Source: an uncultured Gemmatimonadaceae bacterium
GTDB lineage: Bacteria > Gemmatimonadota > Gemmatimonadetes > Gemmatimonadales > Gemmatimonadaceae
Reading direction: 5' to 3'
NCBI GenBank assembly: GCA_963740355.1
Contig: CAVUDW010000002.1
Span: 1,696,001 to 1,760,000, forward strand
DNA: 64,000 nt
The translations under genes and the position numbers were made by a program. Positions 57,336-64,000 of the stretch are shown here, one piece after another. The notes beneath the pieces were generated by a model. The model saw only the letters and a list, made by a program, of their open reading frames with translations, made no database searches and was not told the DNA's origin. Within the stretch, counting starts at the first letter, position 1. Each line of letters starts with the position of its first letter.

Positions 57336-57766
57336 GCGAATCGCGGAGACGCGAGGACGCAGAGGGGCAGCAGGTTCGACCGCAAGTTCAGCGACATGTT
57401 CAACGGTAAGTTCAACTGACTTGACGCAGAACTGAAAACGGCGGAACGGTAACAGCCGCAGAACTGCAAACTGACGCAGAACTGCTCGTGGTAAACGAAA
57501 GGTCGGTGGAGTCGACAGTCCCTTTTTGAGGGTAACTGCGCGCCCACCGACCTTTCGTTTTGCACACGCAGTTCTCAAAGCCTTTTGCAGTCTTGCGGCT
57601 TCTTGTTTTGCGGCTGTTTCCTTTTGCGGGCGCCGCAGGCGCCTTGCGTCAAGTCAGTTGCTGTTGTTGTTGGTCTTGCCGTTGGTCGTGCCGTTGAACT
57701 TGCCGTTGAACTTGCCGTTGAACTTGCTGTCCCTCTGCGTCTCTGCGACTCTGCGTCTCGCCGTTC
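57336..57766. repeat. ~430-bp imperfect palindromic element between convergent genes
   Basis: Nested inverted repeats: 17-bp perfect 57493-57509/57544-57560, 16-bp perfect 57413-57428/57645-57660, outer CGCAGAG-type arms; (TGCCGTTGAACT)x3 in the right arm. Confidence 0.85.
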
Positions 57767-57777
57767 AGCACCGTAGC

Positions 57778-59472
57778 CTAAAGATTCCGACGGTTGAGCT
57801 CCGCGACCGCGAAGTCGGCCGCGCGCGCTGTGAAGGCCATGTAGGACAGCGACGGATTCTGGCAGGCGGTCGAGGCCATGCAGGCGCCATCGGTGACGAA
57901 GACATTCGGCGCGTCCCAGACCTGGTTGTGCTTGTTCACGACCGAATTCTTCGGGCTCGTGCCCATGCGCGCCGTGCCCATCTCGTGGATGCCCTGACCC
58001 ATCGCATAGCCATAGTCGAAGGTCTTCACGTCCTTCACCCCGGCAGCCGTCAGCATCTCGGCCATGTCGTTCATCATGTCCACACGCATCAGGCGTTCAT
58101 TCTCGCCGATGTCACTGTCGATCTTGAGCACCGGCAGGCCCCACTTGTCCTTCACCGATTCGTCGAGCGACACCTTGTTGTCGTGGTTCGGCAGGATCTC
58201 GCCGAACGCGGTGCCGCCAAGGGTCCACTCACCGGGCTCCGTCGCATGATCCTTCATGTCGCCGCCGATGCCCAGTTCACCGACCGCGCGTGACCAACCC
58301 TGGCGACTGGCGCCGCCTTCGTAGCCGAAGCCGCGGAGGTAATTGCGCTTGTCGCCGAAGAGATTGCGATAGCGCGGGATGTAACTCGGGTTCGGACGCT
58401 GCCCCACCTGGATCTTGTCGAGAAACATTCCCTCGAGCCGACCTTCGGCGCCGAGCCGGAAGTGATGGTCCATCAGGTTGTGACCAAGCTCACCGGAGCT
58501 GCTTCCAAGGCCGCCGGGCCAGATGTCCGTCGCTGACCGCAAGAGGAGCCAGGTCGAATTGAGCGTCGATGCGCAGAGAAAGATCACCTTCGCCTTGTAC
58601 TCGATCGTGGCGTTGGTCACGGCATCGATCACACGCACTCCGGTGGCGCGCTGCGTGTTCTTGTCGTACGTCACCTCGCTCACGATCGAGTGTGGCTTGA
58701 GCGTGAGGCGGCCCGTCTTCATGGCGGCCGGCAATGTCGACGACTGCGTGCTGAAGTAGGCGCCGTAGGGACAGCCCAACCAGCAGGCGTCGCGGGACTG
58801 GCACGCACCGCGGCCGGGCAGCGGCAGCGTGAGATTGGCGGTGCGGCTGGAAATCATCCGCCGATTGCCGCCGTACATACCCTTCAACTTGCCCGCGAAC
58901 CATTCCTCGGCGCAGTTGAGCGGCATCACCGGCTGGAAATCACCGTCCGGGAGCTGCGGCAGGTTCTCGATCGAGCCGGCGATACCGGCGAACTTCTCGA
59001 CGTGACTGTACCACGGCGCCATCTCGGCGTAACGAATCGGCCAATCGGTGCCGATGCCTTGCTTCGCGTTCGCTTCGTAATCGAGGTCACTCCAGCGAAA
59101 GCTGCAGCGGCCCCACATCAACGAGCGGCCGCCGACCTGATAGCCGCGATACCAGTCGAAGCGCTTCACTTCCGTGTATGGGGCCTCCTGCTCGTTGACC
59201 CAGAAGTCCGGATTCTTCTCGTTGCAGGCGAACCGGCTGCGCTCGAGGACCGGATGGGAGGCCTTCAACGCGTTGGTGACGCCGCCGCGGTGCGGATACT
59301 CCCACGGGCCCTTGGTGGCGTTCGGATAGTCCTTGATGTGTTCCACGTTGCGACCGCGTTCCAGCATCAGGACGCGCAGCCCCTTCTCGGTCAGTTCCTT
59401 GGCCGCCCATCCACCGGAGATTCCGGAGCCCACCACGATCGCATCCCAGGTTTCTGCCACCGATGCCTCCAC
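57778..59472 (-). CDS. GMC oxidoreductase flavoprotein (gluconate 2-dehydrogenase/glycoside 3-dehydrogenase large-subunit type)
   Basis: GSGISGG FAD motif, GGRSLMWG, C-x5-C-x3-C cluster, LMDH, IHEMGTARMG, QNPSL. Confidence 0.9.
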   Translation of the reverse strand: MEASVAETWDAIVVGSGISGGWAAKELTEKGLRVLMLERGRNVEHIKDYPNATKGPWEYPHRGGVTNALKASHPVLERSRFACNEKNPDFWVNEQEAPYTEVKRFDWYRGYQVGGRSLMWGRCSFRWSDLDYEANAKQGIGTDWPIRYAEMAPWYSHVEKFAGIAGSIENLPQLPDGDFQPVMPLNCAEEWFAGKLKGMYGGNRRMISSRTANLTLPLPGRGACQSRDACWLGCPYGAYFSTQSSTLPAAMKTGRLTLKPHSIVSEVTYDKNTQRATGVRVIDAVTNATIEYKAKVIFLCASTLNSTWLLLRSATDIWPGGLGSSSGELGHNLMDHHFRLGAEGRLEGMFLDKIQVGQRPNPSYIPRYRNLFGDKRNYLRGFGYEGGASRQGWSRAVGELGIGGDMKDHATEPGEWTLGGTAFGEILPNHDNKVSLDESVKDKWGLPVLKIDSDIGENERLMRVDMMNDMAEMLTAAGVKDVKTFDYGYAMGQGIHEMGTARMGTSPKNSVVNKHNQVWDAPNVFVTDGACMASTACQNPSLSYMAFTARAADFAVAELNRRNL

Positions 59473-59740
59473 TCGTCGTCACGTGTGCGCGCAGGGCGCC
59501 GTCCCTTCCGCATGAAATTGGGGGCCGGGAGGCGTCGCCGCCATGCGTGCAGGTGATCGGTGGAGGCGCTCACGCCCGCGTGCCGCAACGCGTAGAATCG
59601 AGGTGCGACTGCGCTCTCGTTTAGGGGCCTGCCTGGATCTGCGCGGGGCGGTCAGACCTGACGGGAAGTACTGTTCCCGCAGACGTGTCACCGCGCCGTC
59701 TCGCCTGCCGCCCACCCCATCCCGTCGACCGACATCACGC

Positions 59741-60526
59741 ATGCTGCGGAATTCCCCTGCGTCCCTACGCCTCATTGCTCTGTTGCTCGTGCTGGCCGCC
59801 TGTGAAAGCGCCAAGCCCGCCGCTGGCGATGCGTCAGGTGCAACTCCTCCTGCCACCGACTCCGAGATGGCGCGACAGCGTGCTGCCGACTCCGCGTTCC
59901 GGAATGACTACGCCAATTTCGCGCGCTATCGCGATTCGAACGCTGCCCTGCCGGCGCCAAAGGCCGGGGAACAGCGCGTCGTCTTCATGGGCAATTCGAT
60001 CACCGAAGGCTGGGTGAAGTATTTCCCCACCATGTTCGCCGGCAAGCCGTACATCGGACGCGGCATCGGCGGGCAGACCACACCGCAGATGCTGGTGCGA
60101 TTCCACGCCGACGTCGTGGCGCTGAAGCCGGCGGTGGTGGTGATCCTCGGCGGCACCAACGACATCGCCGGCAATACCGGGCCCTCGACCAATGAGATGA
60201 TCGAGGACAACATCGAGGCGATGACCAACATTGCACAGGCGAATGGCATCAAGGTCGTGTTGTCGTCGATCCTGCCGGTGTTCGATTATCCGTGGCGAAA
60301 GGGGCTGACACCAGCGCCGCGCATCGTGGCCGTCAACAGCTGGATGAAGGCGTACGCAGCGCGTGTGGGTGCCACCTATCTGGACTATCACAGCGCCATG
60401 AAGGACGAACGTGACGGATTGAAGGCTGGCCTTGGTGACGATGGTGTGCATCCCAACGAGGCGGGATATCGCATCATGGCGACCTTGGCCGACAGTGCGA
60501 TCGCCGCGGCACTTCGCGGCAAGTAG
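59741..60526 (+). CDS. SGNH/GDSL hydrolase lipoprotein
   Basis: Lipobox LAAC; FMGNSIT, RGIGGQTT, GTND, DGVHPN. Confidence 0.9.
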   Translation: MLRNSPASLRLIALLLVLAACESAKPAAGDASGATPPATDSEMARQRAADSAFRNDYANFARYRDSNAALPAPKAGEQRVVFMGNSITEGWVKYFPTMFAGKPYIGRGIGGQTTPQMLVRFHADVVALKPAVVVILGGTNDIAGNTGPSTNEMIEDNIEAMTNIAQANGIKVVLSSILPVFDYPWRKGLTPAPRIVAVNSWMKAYAARVGATYLDYHSAMKDERDGLKAGLGDDGVHPNEAGYRIMATLADSAIAAALRGK

Positions 60527-60589
60527 CCTTCAGTGTGTTGTGACGGTGTCGTGCGTCGGGTGTTCGTTTCCAACCATTTGCCCTGAGAC

Positions 60590-62266
60590 ATGATGTTGCG
60601 TCGAGTCGCCACGCTGCTGATCGCTGTTGCCCTGCCGTTCCTGGCGTCCTGCGTGACCCCGATGGGCTACCTCGGACCGCGTCCGGCGTTGGCTGTCGTG
60701 AACGCGCGGATCTGGACGGGAAGCACCGCCCGTCCGTGGGCGGAGGCGCTGGCGGTGGACAGTGCCGGACGGATCTCCTATGTCGGCACCTCGGTGCAGG
60801 TCGGTCGACTGGGCGCGGTCACGGTGATCGACGCGAAGGGCCAGATGGTGGTGCCGGGATTCATCGACGCGCATGTGCATTTCGTCGACGGAGGCTTTGC
60901 GCTGTCCTCGGTGCAGTTGCGCGATGCGAAGACGAAGGAGGAGTTCATCTCGCGAATCCGCGACTACGCGCGCACCCTGCCGAAAGGTGCGTGGATCACC
61001 AATGGTGATTGGGATCACACCAATTGGGGTGGGGAACTGCCGCGTCGTGACTGGATCGACTCGGTGACGCCCGACAATCCCGTCTGGATCAATCGGCTCG
61101 ACGGGCACATGAATCTCGCGAATTCGCTGGCGCTGAACGCGGCGCGGTTGACGCGCAGCGTGGCCGACGTGCCTGGCGGCGAAGTGGTCCGCGATGCATC
61201 GGGCGAACTGACCGGCGTGTTCAAGGACAACGCGCAGGACCTCGTCAATCGCGCAATGCCCGCGCCGCCCGCCGCGATCGAGGATCGCGCGCTGGATACG
61301 GCCATGGCCTACGTCGCGTCGTATGGCGTGACGAGCGTGCACAACATGGGGAGCTGGAATGACCTCGCCATTTTTGCTCGAGCACATGGCACACCACGCC
61401 AGAAGACGCGCATCTACGGCATGATCCCGCTGGCCGACTGGAAGCGACTGCGCGATACCGTCGCAACTCGTGGTCGCGGCGATGACTGGCTGCGCATCGG
61501 TGGGCTGAAGGGTTTCGCCGATGGGTCACTCGGCTCGCATACCGCCGCGATGTTCGATGGATTCACCGACAAGCCATCCGACAAGGGATTCTTCGTCACG
61601 CCACCCGAGAGCTTGTACGCCTGGACCTCCGGCGCTGACAAGGCCGGCCTGCAGGTGATCGTGCACGCGATCGGCGACCGCGCCATCTCGACGCAGCTCG
61701 ATGTCTTTGCGCGCGTGGCCAAGGAGAATGGGGCACGTGACCGTCGCTTCCGGATCGAACACGCGCAGCACATTGGGCGCGATGACGTCGGGCGCTTTGC
61801 GAAGCTCGGCGTCATTCCCTCGATGCAGCCCTATCATGCCATCGACGATGGGCGATGGGCCGACAAGGTGATCGGTGCCGATCGCGCGTCGCGCACCTAT
61901 GCTTTCCGGTCGTTGCTGGATGCGAAGGCATCACTCGCCTTCGGCTCGGACTGGTTCGTTGCGCCGCCGCGTCCGATGGAAGGCGTGTACGCGGCCGTGA
62001 CCCGCCGCACGCTCGACGAGGCCAACCCCAACGGGTGGGTTCCGGCGCAGAAGATCACGGTCGAGGAGGCACTGCGCGCCTACACACGCGGGAGTGCCTA
62101 CGCCGCGTTTGACGAGGCCAATCGCGGTACGCTCGACATCGGCATGCTGGCCGATTTCGCGATGCTGGAGCGTGACATCACCACGATTCCCCCGGCCGAC
62201 ATCCGCAACGTGAAGGTGACGCGGACGGTGGTTGGGGGGCGGGTGGTGTTCGAGCGGAAACCGTAG
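60590..62266 (+). CDS. Amidohydrolase_3 (YtcJ-like) lipoprotein
   Basis: Lipobox LASC; PGFIDAHVH, DGSLGS.TA, HAIGD, RIEHAQ, FGSDW. Confidence 0.9.
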   Translation: MMLRRVATLLIAVALPFLASCVTPMGYLGPRPALAVVNARIWTGSTARPWAEALAVDSAGRISYVGTSVQVGRLGAVTVIDAKGQMVVPGFIDAHVHFVDGGFALSSVQLRDAKTKEEFISRIRDYARTLPKGAWITNGDWDHTNWGGELPRRDWIDSVTPDNPVWINRLDGHMNLANSLALNAARLTRSVADVPGGEVVRDASGELTGVFKDNAQDLVNRAMPAPPAAIEDRALDTAMAYVASYGVTSVHNMGSWNDLAIFARAHGTPRQKTRIYGMIPLADWKRLRDTVATRGRGDDWLRIGGLKGFADGSLGSHTAAMFDGFTDKPSDKGFFVTPPESLYAWTSGADKAGLQVIVHAIGDRAISTQLDVFARVAKENGARDRRFRIEHAQHIGRDDVGRFAKLGVIPSMQPYHAIDDGRWADKVIGADRASRTYAFRSLLDAKASLAFGSDWFVAPPRPMEGVYAAVTRRTLDEANPNGWVPAQKITVEEALRAYTRGSAYAAFDEANRGTLDIGMLADFAMLERDITTIPPADIRNVKVTRTVVGGRVVFERKP

Positions 62267-62286
62267 GCGTTGCGCCCGCGGAGGAC

Positions 62287-62622
62287 CATGAAGAGGTCAG
62301 CATCAGGGGGCCGCATCAAGGGGTCAGGGGCGATCAAGGGGTCAGAGATCGTGTACTGGGATTTCGTGGCGTAAGGCGTTGTGCCGTATGGCGTTGCGCA
62401 TCGATCAAGGGGTCAGAGATCTTGATCGAGCTTTTCGCAGCGTAAATCGCGGCGCATCAAGGGGTCAGAGATCTTGCACTGGGATTTCGTGACGTAAGGC
62501 GTTGCGCCGCATGGCGTTACGCATCGATCAAGGGGTCAGAGATCTTGATCGATGGTTTTCGCGGCGTAAATCGCGGTGCCGCATAGCGTTACGCATCGAT
62601 CAAGGGGTCAGAGATCTTGATC
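62287..62622 (+). repeat. Array of GATCAAGGGGTCAGAGATCTTGATC hairpin motifs with alternating related spacers
   Basis: Copies start at 62332, 62403, 62455, 62526 and 62598 (spacing 71/52/71/72), preceded by three degenerate 13-14-bp half copies at 62287-62327. Confidence 0.9.
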
Positions 62623-62656
62623 CTGCCATCGCCCCCGGTCACACGCCACACCGCAG

Positions 62657-63697
62657 TTAACGCATCAGTGTCGCGGGCGGCACCGCGACCCGACCAATCG
62701 TCCCCTGATCGGTGCCGAACCAGATCTGGCGGGTTGCAGGATCGAACGTCATGTGCCGGATCGTGTTCGGCCCAGGGCGACCCACCGGGATCTCCGCACC
62801 GAATGACTTCGTGCGCGGGTCGAACGCGACCAGCGTTGCCGGCGCATTGGTGCGGCCGTTCTGTGCGACCCAGATGATGTCGCGATCATCCGTCGCCATG
62901 CCGTAGGGCAGGGCGTTGCCACCGGCAGGCATTGGCCATTCGCGCGTGGCGCCACTCTTGGGATCGAGATGGCCGACGAACCCGCGTGAGTAGTCGCCCC
63001 AGTAGATCTGGTCGTCCGAGGTGATGGCGATGCGGCGCGGGCGCGTGCGTTCGTCACCCACGGCGTAGGTGCGGATCTGTGCGCTGCCCGGTTCGATGGT
63101 CGCCAGCTTGTTGGTGCCGAACAGGTCGAACCACGGCTGCCCGCGCGAGTCGAGCACGATGCCATAGGGACGTGAGCCTTCGCCTGTGCGCCAGAGACGG
63201 AAGCGGCCGGACGCTGGATCGAATCGACCGACGACGCCAGAATTCTGCGCCGTGAACCAGGCGATGCCGGTCCGCTTGTCGAAAATCATCGTGTGTGGAT
63301 CGCGCACCGTGCTGTCTGGAATCATGAACGTCGTGAGCTTTCCCGTGCTCGGGTCGAGCTTCACGATGCGGTTGTTGCGATTGCCGGTGAACCAGACCAT
63401 TCCCTTTTCGACGACGAGATTATGCGGGTTGGTCCCCGCCTCGATCTCGTAGCGACGGAACTGTCCAGTGCGGGTGTCGAGGTGGGCGATGTAGTTGCCG
63501 TTCTGCCCGACGAACCAGACGCGCCCCTCGGCATCGGCATAGGGATCGCGCGGGCGGGAGTCGGCGCCGTAGGGCACGGTCCACTCGCGGAGCACAGGCG
63601 GTGCGGCAGCGGCTGCGGCCCGCTGCGCGCGTAGTGTGGCGCTCTGGGCGAAGGTGGCGAGGGACGCGACGAGGCTGACGGCGACGGCAATACGCAT
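62657..63697 (-). CDS. Secreted Vgb (virginiamycin B lyase)-like beta-propeller protein
   Basis: Signal peptide; repeated P-x-[GN]-x...G.VWF..Q....I.+LDP.TG blades (PRDP, PHNL, PHTM, PYGI, PRRI, PYGM). Confidence 0.82.
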   Translation of the reverse strand: MRIAVAVSLVASLATFAQSATLRAQRAAAAAAPPVLREWTVPYGADSRPRDPYADAEGRVWFVGQNGNYIAHLDTRTGQFRRYEIEAGTNPHNLVVEKGMVWFTGNRNNRIVKLDPSTGKLTTFMIPDSTVRDPHTMIFDKRTGIAWFTAQNSGVVGRFDPASGRFRLWRTGEGSRPYGIVLDSRGQPWFDLFGTNKLATIEPGSAQIRTYAVGDERTRPRRIAITSDDQIYWGDYSRGFVGHLDPKSGATREWPMPAGGNALPYGMATDDRDIIWVAQNGRTNAPATLVAFDPRTKSFGAEIPVGRPGPNTIRHMTFDPATRQIWFGTDQGTIGRVAVPPATLMR

Positions 63698-63755
63698 GAG
63701 GGCTCCCCGGGAATGGATTCTCAATCTAAGTGCTGGCGTCGTTCAAGGGACCAGC

Positions 63756-64000
63756 GATCAAGATCTCTGACCCTTGATCGGGGGCTAAGCCGATCAGCGG
63801 CAATGCGTTACGCGCGGAATTGCGTGATCAAGATCTCTGACCCCTTGATCGGGGCTCAGCCGATCAGCGGCAATGCGTTACGCGCGGAATTGCGCGATCA
63901 AGATCTCTGACCTCTTGATCGGGAGCTAAGACGATCAGCGGCAATGCGTTACGCGCGGAATTGCGCGACCAAGATCTCTGACCCCTTGATCGGGAGCTAA
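63756..64000 (-). repeat. Near-perfect 70-71-bp tandem array of the same hairpin motif in the opposite orientation; runs off the window end
   Basis: GATCAAGATCTCTGACCCCTTGATC variants at 63756, 63826, 63896 and 63967; spacers are almost identical. Confidence 0.92.

Noticed and set aside
57526..58293. ORF with LPLN repeats
   Set aside because: Translation of the 12-bp repeat within the palindrome, running antisense into the GMC gene
62332..62622. CRISPR array (palindromic 25-bp repeat, ~71-bp period)
   Set aside because: Spacers are homologous to each other (A/B alternation; near-identical in the right array), and there are no cas genes or AT-rich leader in the window
55969..64000. Integrase-type genomic island at tRNA-Ser
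   Set aside because: No integrase and no duplicated tRNA 3' end seen; the accessory-looking genes lie on the tRNA 5' side
63756..64000. Replication origin or iteron cluster (GATC-rich repeats)
   Set aside because: No DnaA boxes, AT-rich unwinding element or rep/dnaA gene visible; cannot be fully excluded because the array runs off the window

Overview
A GC-rich bacterial chromosomal segment. Gene content and lineage-typical hypothetical proteins suggest Gemmatimonadota; this is an inference. It is mostly core genome: smc with two SPOR genes, a peptidase/beta-propeller/Omp85 protein, rsfS, rpsF-rpsR-DUF2232-rplI, ispE-tRNA-Gln-(VanZ)-prs-rplY-pth-ychF, pdxJ, trxA, rsmI, a DUF4159/Gln-rich/TPR operon, a JAB-DinG helicase, lexA, gltX and tRNA-Ser. 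A D-amino-acid/peptide catabolic cluster lies at 17-29 kb (GNAT, OSBS/NSAR, M20, D-aminoacylase, GntR, beta-lactamase-VanX fusion). No transposase, integrase, phage or cas gene is visible. Four signals stand out. (1) Two oppositely oriented arrays of ~70-bp units bracket a single secreted Vgb-like gene at 62.3-64 kb; the units pair a 25-bp hairpin (GATCAAG-GGGTCAGAGAT-CTTGATC) with a TAA-N19-TTA dyad. (2) A ~430-bp imperfect palindrome and related REP-like repeats bracket a BON gene next to tRNA-Ser. (3) The LexA has lost its Ala-Gly cleavage site, catalytic Ser and catalytic Lys. (4) There are several other pseudo-enzyme or fusion proteins: a His-less Hpt protein, a P-loop-less ParA-like/SPOR protein, and a CxxCH-prenyltransferase-ankyrin protein. 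Where I moved a start away from the ORF track, the new start is my own estimate.
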